Origin: Octopus vulgaris
Taxonomy: Eukaryota
Assembly: GCA_951406725.2 (NCBI GenBank)
Contig: OX597817.1
Coordinates: 57,598,001-57,662,000 of the forward strand
DNA length: 64,000 nt
Direction: 5' to 3'
A program made the position numbers and the translations under genes. Positions within the stretch are counted from its first letter, which is position 1, and the number at the start of each line of letters is the position of its first letter. The notes beneath the pieces were generated by a model. That model saw only the letters and a program-made list of their open reading frames with translations, had not been told where the DNA came from and ran no database searches. Positions 13,801-25,449 of the stretch are shown here, in pieces.

Positions 13801-14058
13801 TTCTTTCTTTCTTTTTTTCTTTCTTTCTTTCCTTCTTTCTCTCTTAGTTTCCTTCTTTCTCTCTTAGTTTCCTTCTTTCTCTCTTTCTTTCTTTCCTTCT
13901 TTCTCTCTTAGTTTCCTTCTTTCTCTCTTTCTTTCTTTCTTTCCTTCCTTCTCTCTTTATTTCCTTCTTTCTTTCTCTCTTCCTTTCTTTCTTTCCTTCT
14001 TTCTCTCTTTGTTTCTTTCTTTCCTTCCTTCTTTCTCTCTTTGTTTCCTTCTTTCTTT
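13801..14058. repeat. (TTTC/TTCC)n polypyrimidine tract; other microsatellites at 47660-48008 (TA/TG), 53415-53630 (CATA)n, 58285-58370 and 58663-58748 (TATG)n
   Basis: Direct reading. Confidence 0.9.
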
Positions 14059-14084
14059 CATGTATGCATGTAATTACTCAGGCT

Positions 14085-14800
14085 TATTTTTTTATTTTTT
14101 TTACCAATGGAGAGAGAGCCAGTTTCTAACCTTGAGTCAAGACTCCTTCACTGGAATTTTGAACATCATAAAGATGTTTGTGTTCTATGTTTCGAATAAA
14201 TGCATGTACAGATTTGTATATCTTGTTTTTATGTATGCACACTCATATAATTTCATGTCTAGACGTCCATATGTACATATGCTAAAGTTTTGAAAAGTCT
14301 TATATATTTTGATAGTTCCACTGATGACTTGTATCATCTAATCTTATAATTAGCTTTCTCCTTTCTGGTTTTGAGGAGCTTAATTTCTCAAGATTGGCAC
14401 CAAGATCGTTAGCTACATATCCCAATGCCCCAATAATTACAGGTATAAACCTGAAGATCTAATCCAGGTACAATAGCTGTAAATTTCTCAATATCACAGC
14501 GTTGGTGTTTTCTTTTTTGCTGATCTTTAGCTTTATGTTGACATCTCCACTGGAAAACTATTTCCTACTGCCTGATATATTATGTTTGTATTATATTGAG
14601 GTTTTCTCTAGAAGATTCCATCAATATTCTTTCATATAATTAGTAGCTATAAGTTCTACTACACTGTACGTTCTTATCTCTTTGACCTCAGGATTATCCT
14701 TCTGACCGATCTCATTGTACAGTGTTTTGGCTACAACATCATGTCCCATTGGTAAATAAGAATGCTACGACATTTTCGGATTTTCCAAGTTTCCTGATGT
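14085..14800 (-). mobile_element. Degenerate R4/Dong-like (restriction-like endonuclease) non-LTR retrotransposon 3' fragment
   Basis: Minus-strand translation PKMS..YLPMGHDVVAKTLYNEI...WN...KHN...FRFIPVIIGALGYV...LEKL, with stops and frameshifts. Confidence 0.65.
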
Positions 14801-14939
14801 TATGTGACACCAGGAAAGAAATATTAACTAATCACACTGAATTTTTACTTGGCATTTTTTCATTTCCCCACACAAGACAAAATTGTAAACCAGTTAATTC
14901 TTCACTTCAAGACACCAAGATATTAGCAATATTTGGATC

Positions 14940-15340
14940 GGATCTTTTTGGTTTGAACGGCAGTTTTTAAAAATAATTTCCACGTAACTAAACACTTTTA
15001 AACTTCGTGTACTGGTAGAATGTGTTTATAAAACATCTTTTTCTCTCGGCTTTCTTGAGAAAATTCTACAGTTTTTAAGATATTTGTTGTTTTTTTTCTG
15101 CAATTTCAACCAATCAATGGCGTCTATTGAGGTGAAAATATTCTGTGCTGTATGAATATGTCCCTTGTTTAAGAAACAGATTGGGTTTATTTACATTTCT
15201 GAAGGAAAAAAGATACCCTTCCCCCCACCCCACCCCCAAAACAGATTGAAATGCAATAGATCGATACTAGGGTCATAATTATGGTTGACAATTTCATATG
15301 ACACCGCTAGAAAAAACTGCCGTTCGAACTGAAAAGATCC
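14940..15340. mobile_element. ~400-bp TIR MITE with GGATC termini
   Basis: GGATCTTTTTGGTTTGAACGGCAGTTTTT ... AAAAACTGCCGTTCGAACTGAAAAGATCC inverted termini; TSD not clear. Confidence 0.75.
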
Positions 15341-15467
15341 ATGGAATGCAACAAAATGAGTAAAAATAACAAAAAAGGGAGAAAATTGTAGCGGTGGTTG
15401 TTGTCATGAATGAACATTGAGTAGGTGATTATGGTGGTGGTGAAGATGATGTTAAGAAAAAAACATA

Positions 15468-16362
15468 CGGGGTGTTTGGCTAAATTCGACAATTTACAGA
15501 AAAGTGGGGGGGGGGACTAATGTCCCGTCCAAAAATAAATTTTTTTTTTTTTTAAATCAAAAAATATCAACTAGAATATGGCAGGGATATAACAGTTTTC
15601 AGAGAGTAGCCGCCCTCAGCTTCCACCGCGGTCTCAAGACAAGTCCAGAACGTGGTACATGCATTCCTCACTGTATCTCTGGGAAGTTCTTCGAACACTT
15701 CCTTGATCTTGGCCGCCAGCTTTAGAAATGGTGTTGCAGGCAAAGCGGTTAGTGTCTTCTTCAACCGGACCCAACACATTGTAATCCATGGGATTAGGAG
15801 TGGAGTGGGGAATTAGGAGGCCAGAAATTGGGGTTGGTGAAGTCATAGAAATTCTTCGACAGCCACTTCTGACTCTTTCTAGAAGTATGACAAGGAGCTG
15901 AATCTTGCTGCCACACATACGGCTTTTTAGCAGTAACCCTCTCCAGCCATGGATTGACCAATCTTCAGAACCTTCACAAAGCCGTCTGAATTGAGCCTAA
16001 AGCCCTGTTAACAGGTGTAAGTAAAAACTCCGGCGTTCGGACACAGTCAGAATGTTGGCTGTGTCCCTTTCAGCTGGTCACAGTTTCATAGCTTCCATTG
16101 TAGCTGTCCATGTCACAACATTTTCAGTGTTCACAAGACATTGAACAATAGTCCTGATGTCACCATTTTGACACCCGGCGCGAATCATCATGATACACTT
16201 AACTTTTCTAATATTCAGATGGTTTACAGTGCTCCATGTCAGCTCACTGTTTCTCAACTACAACTTCGATATTTATGCCTTTGACTGTTCACCTACATAT
16301 CAGGCTGTTGCTGAAAAAAGAAAAAGAAACAAAAAATCGTCAAATTAAACCCATACACTCTG
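15468..16362 (-). mobile_element. Internally deleted maT-type (DD37D) Tc1/mariner transposon
   Basis: YVWQQDSAPCHTSRKSQKWL..WPPNSP..NPMDY..LAAKIKEVFEELPRDTVRNAC..AEGGY; ~37 residues between the 2nd and 3rd D after allowing a frameshift; degenerate TIRs. Confidence 0.75.
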
Positions 16363-16868
16363 AAGATTAAATTTTTCTAAAGTTTGAAACGTAGTCAGGT
16401 GACAGGTCCGCTTTTTACAAGAAATTTTCTTCAAATTCGATTGTAATTGAGGTTACTAATAAAATATCTGGATAACTTTTTGTGTTTAACTATCAAAATT
16501 CTTTTCTGTTGGATTCCATGTCAATTTTTCCCCACACTAGTTTGATAATTTTCAATTTTCAAAAATGTATAAAGTGGGGGCAAAGTGAGCAATGACTAAT
16601 TCCAATAATTTCTTCCCTTTAACTGCATGGTGTGTAAATATACGAGAAAAAGAGCAACACCAGCAAATCGTGAAGAATCTATAGAGTTGAGTTTTTAGAT
16701 TTAATTGAGTTTCGTTAATTTAATATCCTGTGCCATGTTTCCATGATCCTCTTCCATTTTTAAAACTTTTGCAGCATTTCTGATTGAATAGATATTGATG
16801 TGTACTTCTCTTTTTTCAAATGTAATTCTGAAGAATTGAAGAGGCAAATTTACCCTATTTTGTCTTAC

Positions 16869-16903
16869 CCATTTTGGTTCCACCTAAATCTGTCTTTTGT
16901 ATA
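16869..16903 (-). CDS. Candidate 35-nt start exon (mostly UTR, ends aaaATG G|gt) of a gene divergent from HACD
   Basis: Strong acceptor gttctttttcag| and donor ATGG|gtaaga; Kozak-like AAAATGG. No homology support. Confidence 0.3.
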
Positions 16904-16981
16904 CTGAAAAAGAACGACGATAATTTTCTGAAATATTGTTCTGAATATGTTGTAATGTCTTCAATGCATTTAGAGAAAGTC

Positions 16982-17281
16982 GGTACTACTTAAGAATAGT
17001 GGACCTGGTGCGCGCACTCGTGTAGTTGCGCATCCGCGCTAGCTAGTCGTGACTAGTCGATCCTACAACGACTTCTTAGCAAAGTAAATAAAACACAAAA
17101 TAAATATTTTTTTTTTACACAAAGTAAATAATTTTTTTAAACTAAGTAAATAAAACACAAAAACACAAGGTAAATAATTTTTTTAAACAAAGTAAATAAC
17201 ACACAAAAATACAAAGTAAGGATCGACTAGTCACGACAAGCTAGCGCGGATGCGCAACTACGCGAGTTCTTAAGTAGTACC
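16982..17281. mobile_element. 300-bp MITE with GGTACT termini and 9-bp TSD (Merlin-like; MULE not excluded)
   Basis: TIR GGTACTACTTAAGAA/TTCTTAAGTAGTACC; TSD GAGAAAGTC at 16973-16981 and 17282-17290; long sub-terminal inverted repeats and internal AAAGTAAAT repeats. Confidence 0.85.
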
Positions 17282-17815
17282 GAGAAAGTCTTTTTCAATA
17301 CATTTAGAGATCAATTTTTTGTTTCAGCGTGCGCACGCATACATACACAAATATGTATACATGCACATAAACACATACATAGCTATACTTACATACACAA
17401 ATATACACACATACATACACAAAAGAATACATAAACAAGCAATTCAGCTAAGAAAATTAAAGAAAAAAAAAATTATGGAAATTGTCGAATACTTTCAGCT
17501 TTGATATACTTTCTCCGAAAGATCGCTTAGTTATTTTACATATTTAAAGTGAGAATAAATTATAAAAAAAATTATCCTTATGGAAAAAAACTTTTTGTCC
17601 GTTTCGCACACACATTCATGCAACCCTTTCTCGCCGTTTAAGGATTCAATCCCGATTAGTGTTGATAGGGATTTCGACACGCCCCTCACTGACTGAACAC
17701 GATTAAACTTTGAACTTCAACGAGCGGAACAAACCAACAGCGTTAACTACATTTAGCCTAACACCGCCACTTGTGTTAGAAACTTGTGTTCGTCTTTTCC
17801 TCATCTCTTTTCAAA

Positions 17816-17874
17816 ATGACAGAAGAAATTTATAAAACCTATCTTATTGCATATAACTGCAATATGATCATGGG
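17816..17874 (+). CDS. HACD1/2: HACD-family very-long-chain (3R)-3-hydroxyacyl-CoA dehydratase, coding exon 1 (MTEEIYKTYLIAYNCNMIMG-)
   Basis: ATG in tcaaaATGa context; family N-terminal motif YLxxYN...GW; donor GG|gtaagc, phase 2, matching the next exon. Confidence 0.9.
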
Positions 17875-18165
17875 GTAAGCGTTTTCTTTACTAATCTATA
17901 CCAACACAGATTGTTGCTACTAAATTTGCTTTAATTATTTATCTGCTTTCCTACCTACCGCTCTTGGCTAACCATGTGTGTGTGTGTGGATATATATACC
18001 TATATATATAATATATGTATGCATTTGGCAAAATTTCTAGTAAGCCGGTGAACAAAGCCAATACATTTGCACGAATTTCAAACGATTCGCTCATACTTTG
18101 TGCGCCAATATATATTTTCAAAAATCGAAAGATCGCCCTGTATGTGTGTGTGTATATATATATAT

Positions 18166-18382
18166 AACAGTGGTCCCGGTGCGCGCACTCGCGTAGTCGT
18201 GCATCCGCGCTAGCTAGTCATGACTAGTCGATCCTACAACGACTTCCTAGCAAAGTAAATAAAACACAAAATAAATAATTTTTTAAACAAAGTAAATAAC
18301 ACAGAAAAACACAAAGGATCGACTAGTCATGACTAGCTAGCGCGAGTGCGCGCACCGGGACAACTGTTCTCAAGAAGTACCC
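18166..18382. mobile_element. Second copy of the same Merlin-like MITE (left end truncated), HACD intron 1
   Basis: High identity to 16995-17265; right TIR TTCTCAAGAAGTACC retained. Confidence 0.8.
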
Positions 18383-18574
18383 CCGGGGTATACCTATATA
18401 TATATATATATATATGTATATATCATCATCATCATCGTTTAGCGTCCACTTTCCATGCTGGCATGGGTTGGACGGTTCAACTGGGGTCTGGGAAGCCAGA
18501 AGGCTGCACCAGGCCCAGTCTGATCTGGCAATGTTTCTACGGCTGGATGCCTTACCTAACGCCATATATATATA

Positions 18575-18730
18575 TAGCAGAGGTAACAGAGTGACTCAAG
18601 AGCCGAGAGTTTCGTGCGTTGGCACTTATCAAACTGGTCACAGGTTGAAAGTCTACTTGCTGCAGGCTTAGTTCGATAAGTGCAAACGCACGAAACTCTC
18701 GGCTCTTGAATCACTCTGTTACTTCTGCTA
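18575..18730. repeat. Fold-back element, ~61-bp arms with 34-bp loop
   Basis: 18575-18635 is the reverse complement of 18670-18730 with few mismatches. Confidence 0.85.
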
Positions 18731-18806
18731 AATATTAATAAAAACATATACATATATTCATATTTTGAGCTTTATTTTGCCTGTTTGCATCAACATACAC
18801 ACACAC

Positions 18807-19117
18807 TGTTGTATTTCGGGACGGTCTTTTTTTTTTTCCCCAAATAAACACACGCGCTATATATTCGTTCTTCATGCGTTTATTACTGTTATTATTATAA
18901 CTCATGTCCATTGTCTGCCTCTTGCTCTGTTTATTCCATTCTGGAATGCACGAAGACGGAAAGTGTCGCTGAGGAGGACACAGATATGTGACGAAAGATT
19001 TCCGGACAATGGACATGAGTTAGAATGAGAACAGTAACAAACGAGTGAAGAATGAATATACAGTGCGTGTATTTATTTGGCAAAGAAAAAGAAAAAAGAC
19101 CATCCCGAAATACAACA
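18807..19117. repeat. Fold-back element, ~110-bp arms; loop and arm boundary carry a hammerhead-like core
   Basis: 18807-18915 is the reverse complement of 19005-19117. Confidence 0.8.
18964..19008 (+). ncRNA. Degenerate minimal type I hammerhead ribozyme at the arm boundary of a fold-back element
   Basis: tgtcg-CTGAGGA-g-gacaca(gata)tgtgac-GAAA-gatt-TC-cggaca; one mismatch in stem II, bulged stem I. Confidence 0.45.
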
Positions 19118-19640
19118 ATATCTGTTTCAACACGTGATTTCACATCAGGAATCTTGTAATATATCTTTATAACACATGTGTTTACATATTTTTTCATCTA
19201 TCAAAGCAGTTGCCAATCCATATATATATATTTCGGACATGTACATGCCAGGCATGAGTATCGAAACTAAATCATTTACAACCATCCGAAAACACACAAG
19301 ATATATGATGTCAAAATTTTCGTTGCACCAATTAGAATCTCTCCGACACGGTTATATATATGTATATTTTATATCTCTTTATGTATCCCTCATATTGCAG
19401 AATAACTATTCTACTCATTTAATAATAAACAGAGCGATTAAATTCTCTTTAAATTTACTTAATGAAGTGCCTACATTTTCGTCCTTTCACTCAGTGAGTG
19501 GGTTGCATGAAATTATAAATTTTGAAGTGAATTTCAGTGTTTTGTGTGTTATTAAGTGGCTTTTCTATGATGTACTTGCTTGTTTCAACTCATGCATGAT
19601 TGAGTTACTCATTAGACTCGTTGAACTCTGTGTGCGTGTG

Positions 19641-19682
<42 letters not shown>

Positions 19683-19789
19683 TATATATATATGGTCGGA
19701 TTGCCTATGTTCAGTGCACTGCAGGGAGGCCCCAGCATGTTCTCCATCAACCACGGTCTGAGCTTGAGATCATGCTTGGTTTGATGAGC

Positions 19790-20104
19790 TTACTCTGTCC
19801 TGCAACATAATTTCTTTTCCTCAACAGCCCCTGCCCTATTTAACATTGTCCCGAAAGAGATCAAAGAGGAAAAGGATCCCATCAACTTTAAACGGAGTCT
19901 GGATAGATTCCTTCAAAGAATACCAGATAAGCCACCCGTAATTGGATACAACTCACCCAACAAGAACTCACTACTTGAATGGACCATAAACAAAACTTGA
20001 CTTAAACAGGATTCGAATAATCCTATCAGGTGGTGCTATTAAGTTAGACATGGCCTGGACCAGTCTTTGGTCGAAACATATCTAAGTTTATCTAAGTCTT
20101 TCTA
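19790..20104 (+). mobile_element. 3' end of a CR1/L2-group LINE with (CTAAGTTTA)-like tail
   Basis: HNFFSSTAPALFNIVPKEIK..FKRSLDRFLQRIPDKPP....NKNSLLEW* C-terminus followed by a short UTR and a tandem tail. Confidence 0.7.
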
Positions 20105-20881
20105 ACTCAATTATATTGACCCCAGTGCTCAACTGGTACTTATTTTATCGACCCCAAATGGAATGAAAGGCAAAGTTGGCCTCGGCAGAATTTGAACTCA
20201 GAACAAGGACAGATGAATTATTGCTGAGCACTTCACCCTGTGTGCTAATGATTCTGCCAGGTCGCCACCCCCCTTCTCTCTCTCTCTATCTATTTGTGTT
20301 CATATATATAGATACACGCACACTTAACTTTTTTTAAATGCTGGATTAATTATCAATCATCTTAATATGATGAAATCGTTAATCTCTGCATTTGAACTAA
20401 GTTCTATAGACTGCATGACAAACACACATACCTATGCAAGCACTCTCTCACCCATACAGAAGATCTTTAAAATTTTTCACACATGGTATTTCTCACAAAA
20501 ATTATCTGTGGTTTTTGTGATTCACATCCAACATTGGATCTGAAGAAATCTTCAATAAAGTCTGACCACGTATATCAAATTGAAAAGCTCTCAAAATATT
20601 TACATACATCATGAGGTGTATCTGTTTCTGAGCCTAAAACGAGATATCCATTGAATGCATGTACGCCTCTGTTTCCTTACATAGACAAGCAAATAAATAA
20701 ATAGCCAATAGCTTTTTAATTGCCTATATGTATTTTGTTGTGTCTAGGAAGAGTCATTATGCTAATATAATTAACACACACACTGCCTATATATATTTAT
20801 TTTATTGTGTATCTACCCATTCACTTGTCTGATGGTTTGTATTTATTTGAATACATGTGATCATACATACATATATATATA

Positions 20882-21287
20882 GGCGTAGGATTGGTTGTGT
20901 GGTAAGTAGCTTGCTTATGAACCACATGGTTCCGGGTTCAGTCCCACTGCGTGGCACCTTGGGCAAGTGTGTTCTACTATAGCCTCAAGCTGACCAAAGC
21001 CTTGTGAGTGGATTTGGTAGATGGAAACTGAAAGAAGCCCGTCGTATATATGTATATATATATATGTATGTTTGTGTGTCTGTGTTTGTCCCCCCAACAT
21101 CGCTTGACAACCGATGCTGGTGTGTTTACGTCCCCGTAACTTAGCAGTTCGGCAAAAGAGACCGATAGAATAAGTACTAGTTTTACAAAGAATAAGTCCT
21201 GGGGGCGATTTACTCGACTCAAGACAATTCTAATTGTCTGACTGTGCATGGCTACAGTCAAATGACTGAAACAAGTAAAAGAGTAAA
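20882..21287 (+). mobile_element. tRNA-derived SINE family A (representative; other copies ~57470-57860 (-), 48010-48160, 31085-31240, 11580-11718, 900-1095)
   Basis: A-box/B-box-like head (..GTGTGGTAAG..GGTTCAGTCCC), internal TA/TG tract, (AAAGAGT) tail; multiple dispersed copies. Confidence 0.85.
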
Positions 21288-21317
21288 GATATATATATAA
21301 GAGTAAGAAATATATAT

Positions 21318-21497
21318 ATATCCAAGCGAGGTGTATACCGCAGGCTACTCTCAGGCCAAGGATATTTTGATAAAATGAAGTTTGCTTTGTTTACATGTTG
21401 TGTTAACATGTACCTCCTTGTGACAATGTAAACTTTCATTTAATCAAGATCCCCATGGCCTGAAGAGTAGCCTGCGGTATACCCCTCACTTGGATAT
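21318..21497. repeat. Inverted repeat (arms ~66 bp) whose right arm is the 5' half of the hammerhead
   Basis: 21318-21383 is the reverse complement of 21430-21497. Confidence 0.85.
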
Positions 21498-21547
21498 TTA
21501 CCACTTCCGAGGTTCTCTCGCTATGAAACACTTGTAGCCTGGATCTT
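21446..21547 (+). ncRNA. Putative type I hammerhead ribozyme in a Penelope-like fold-back element (HACD intron 1, sense)
   Basis: CTGAAGA at 21460-21466; stem II GTAGC/GCTAT around a 48-nt loop; GAAA at 21525; short stem III CACTTG; GTA cleavage triplet; stem I GGC/GCC extended by AAGATCC/GGATCTT. Confidence 0.6.
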
Positions 21548-24500
21548 ATCTACTCCTTTCTTTAATTCTTATATTCTTAATCACATACCTGGCAACCCTG
21601 GTATGTGATTTATCGTACATTGATAAGAAAAAAAATCCACAACCTTTTGCCTCAGTAAACCACTTTTGTCCTTGAAAGTTGGTTTTTATATTTACTACAG
21701 ATTGCTTGAAGCTAGCTTTCTGCCACTGGTACGGGAGCCAATCCATGTCCCTGGCAACGATCACACTCGGTTGTGCTCTTAATGTTCCACTGGCATGAGT
21801 GCCAATCAGGCGGTCCTTTCGTTGGCCATGTCAGCAATTTTGATTTCACTTGCCTATATGTATGTATATATGTGTATGTATAGTTTCACCAGCCATACAC
21901 TGTTCATACATGTCTTTTTTTCCTTCCTGGCATGGATTGGATGGCTTGACAGGACCTGGCAAACACAGGAGCCGCACCAGGTTCCATAGTCTGTTTTGGC
22001 TTGGTTTCTCTGGTTGGATGCCATTTCTAATACCATATGTGTGTGTGTGTTACTGCCTCCTTGCCTTCCAGTGATAGTTATGAAAAGCCACTGTCATGCA
22101 GTCAGTGCCCTTCATTTCCAAACTTCCATGGAAACAAGACTGGTCTTGGGATAAAATTACCTTGCTTGGAAACAGGTGAGGGTTGGCAACAGGAAGGGCA
22201 TTTAACTATAGAAAATCTGCTTCGGCAGATTCCTTCCGACCCATGCTAGCCATGGAAAAGTGGATGTTAAAATGAGGATGATGACATACGATCAGACCTG
22301 TTTTGTTGTCCGAAATGAAGTTACACGGCTAACCATGTCAGGATTAAAGCAGGTACTTCTTTTTTTTTTTTTTTTTTTATCTAGTTACTGTATGTCTTTT
22401 GTAAATTCCCAATCACGTTAACTGGGTCATTATAGACAAAATATTTATCTTACCAATGCAGTTTGCTGTCCTTCTTAATCTCTCTGTTACTCATATCCGC
22501 CCACACAATCTCCTGCACTTTATTTACCAATCAGCTTTTACAGACAGCCACTTAAACTGTTGTTGTTGTTGCTGTCTAGTGGAACCAGTCAACTCTAATT
22601 AGAAATATCTATTGATATGAAGATTGTTGATTAAACACTCGCCATTAATCTTGACCTTCTGTTGTTGTTTAACCCCAGGTCAGTCAGTCCACTCATGACA
22701 TCTAGCAGAACTATGATCAAAGGCATTCTAATTCAAATCCCCGTTGACATTGACTTTGCCTCACATCCTTCTGAGGATCACCAACGATTCATTCACCACT
22801 GATCCATGGTATGCTGGTTGTGAACCATGTTGTACCTATTATGAGTTGATCTGTGATAACATAAGTCAGCGATGAGGCAAAGATCCTGCTTGGCCATACA
22901 AGCATGCCCTGGCAGCCATCTACAATGCTGAGGATAATTTGGGGTCTCGGAACGAAGCCCCTGCTTCCCACAAGTTCTGTTATTCATCTATCCTTGTTTC
23001 ATTTAATACTGTGTTCTTTTGGAACCAAACACCTGTGATAAATTATAGTAATTATTAGAAGGTTAAGGTGTTGGATTAGTATAATCTTTAGAGCAGGCAT
23101 GACCAACCATTTTCCAGAAAAGGGCCACACTACTAAAAAAATTCAAGGTCGTCTTTCATTAGGTATGCCATCGAGAAAGTTCCATGGGCTGTAGGCTGAC
23201 CATGGCTGCCGTTAGAGGGTCAGAGAAAATGCTTTATAATATTTGTCCTAGCTCTTTATGTTTTGAGTTCAAATTCCTGCTGAAGTCAACTTTGCTTTTC
23301 ATCTGTCCAGGATCAATGAAGTAAAGTACCAGTCCAGTGCTGGGGTCAATATAATCAACAAACCCCCTCCTCTCCCAAATTTCTGACCTTGTGCCGATGC
23401 TAGAAACAATTATTACAGGGAAGGTTGTCTATTGTGATCACTTTGACTTAAACCCTTTCGATAACATTAAACAAACACTTTGGGACCTTCTAATTTTGAT
23501 AACAATAATTGGTTGATTACATTATCTGTGGTTGTAATGTATGACTACTATTTCTAGCAAGTTGAGTGACCACTTGTTGGTTCAAAGTTTTTACCTGTTT
23601 CTCAGCCAGGTGCACAGAATCAGAACACTTCAATGTACATTGTGTATATCAGACATGGCATAATTCTTTCTGCTATAGGCTCAAGGCCTGGATTTTGCGT
23701 GGAGGGGGGACAGTCGATCACATCGACCCCCGTACTCAACTGGTACTTAATTTATCGACCCCAAAAGGATGAAAGGCAAAGTTGGTGTGTTCACATCCCC
23801 GTAACCTAGCCAATAGAATAAATACTAGGTTTACAAAGAATAAGTCCTGGGGTCTATTTGTTCGACTAAAGGCAGTCCTCCAGCATGGCTGCAGTCAAGT
23901 GACTGAAACAAGTAAAAGTATATATATATATTATGATAGTTGACAACAGGGCAGATCCATTGTATTATTAAACTTTCTTTAGCTCTGCTCTTTAATTAAG
24001 CTGCTTAAACTGAATTAATTGGGTCCTATGTTTATCCTTCTGTCTGAAAGATTAGTGAATGTGCTTTAGCTTCAGAGATTAAAGCTTAAACTGTGGTCAA
24101 TGTGCAATCATTCAGCATTGATAATACTGTCAATGGTTGTTGTTGTTGCTACTACTACTACTAATGATTTTGCCAGCTTACTGCCTTACCACCATCACCA
24201 CCACCACCACCACTACCATTGTTGCTGCTGCGCTAATATAGCCGCCTATGCTGTTGGTTCAAATCTTGGCTTTGCATACAATGATTCTTTTGTATGAAGA
24301 GGTTCTTGTTAATGTTGTTTAGTCTCCAAGTCAGCCCTGATCAAAACTGACCCTTTAAACCAAAGATGCTCCATGATTGCCCCATCTCTTTTTTCATCAT
24401 CACCATCGTCGTCGTTTTAACGTCCGTTTTCCATGCCGGCATGGGTTGGATGGTTTGACTGAGGGCTGGTACGCCAGAAGGCTGCATCAGGCTCCAATCT

Positions 24501-25449
24501 GATCCAGCAATGTTTCTACAACTGGTTGACCTTCCTAACACCAACCACTCTAAGAGTGTAGTGGGTGCATTTTGCATGCCACCAGCATGTGAGCCAATCA
24601 GGCAGTACTGGCATTGGCCAGGCTTGAATGGTGCTTTTTATGTCCCACCAGCATGGGAGCCAGTCAGCTGGTACTGGCAACGATCACGCTCGAATGGTGC
24701 TTTTTAGGCGCCATCAGCATGGGACTAGTCAGCCGGCATGGTACTGACCATGCTCGAATGGTGCTTTTATGTGCCAATCAGGCAGTACTGTCATCGGCCA
24801 AAACAACAACTTCACTTGCCTCAACAGGTCTTCACAAGCGCAGTTTATTGCCCAATGATTGAAGGGTACTCTTAAATGGGTTGGTTATGCTGCATTGGCA
24901 TAGGCCACAGTTATGGTCTCTCTTGGCTTCTCAAGCACAGCCTATCTCCAGTAAATCCAAAATAGCATTTTCCGATGTATCTTTCTGCTTTTTAGAGCAA
25001 TACGGTATTATTTGAGGAAGATTTGGCTGCTATGTCTAGCATAGAGAGGCTCCCTCAATGTTGAGGTAGACAAATTTGTTGTTTAGCTTCAGGTTAACTG
25101 TGATCAAAGTTGATTGATGCAACCATGATCATCCCATCTATTTGGGCTTTGTGTATCTAGGACTACATAACCTAATGTGTGCTTCTATTGTTAATGATGC
25201 TAGATGTGATTTTGAGGGAGATTTGGCTGCTGTTTCTAGTGGGTTCAATGATTTGGTAGAAACTTTCTTGTTGGTGTGTTAGGGTTCTATTTCAGATGTT
25301 ATGATTACAAAATTGATTGAAGGAAAGATTCTAAAATATTTTAATCTCTTAATCTGTTTTAACACTTGGATTTAATAAAATACATGATTGACATCAGTAC
25401 TTCTCTCTCTTGTATGTATATATATTGTGGAAATTAAGGTAAACTCCAG

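Noticed and set aside
19176-19784. 202-aa plus-strand ORF in HACD intron 1
   Set aside because: Non-ATG start, AT-rich, spans a (TA)n tract, no recognisable domain.
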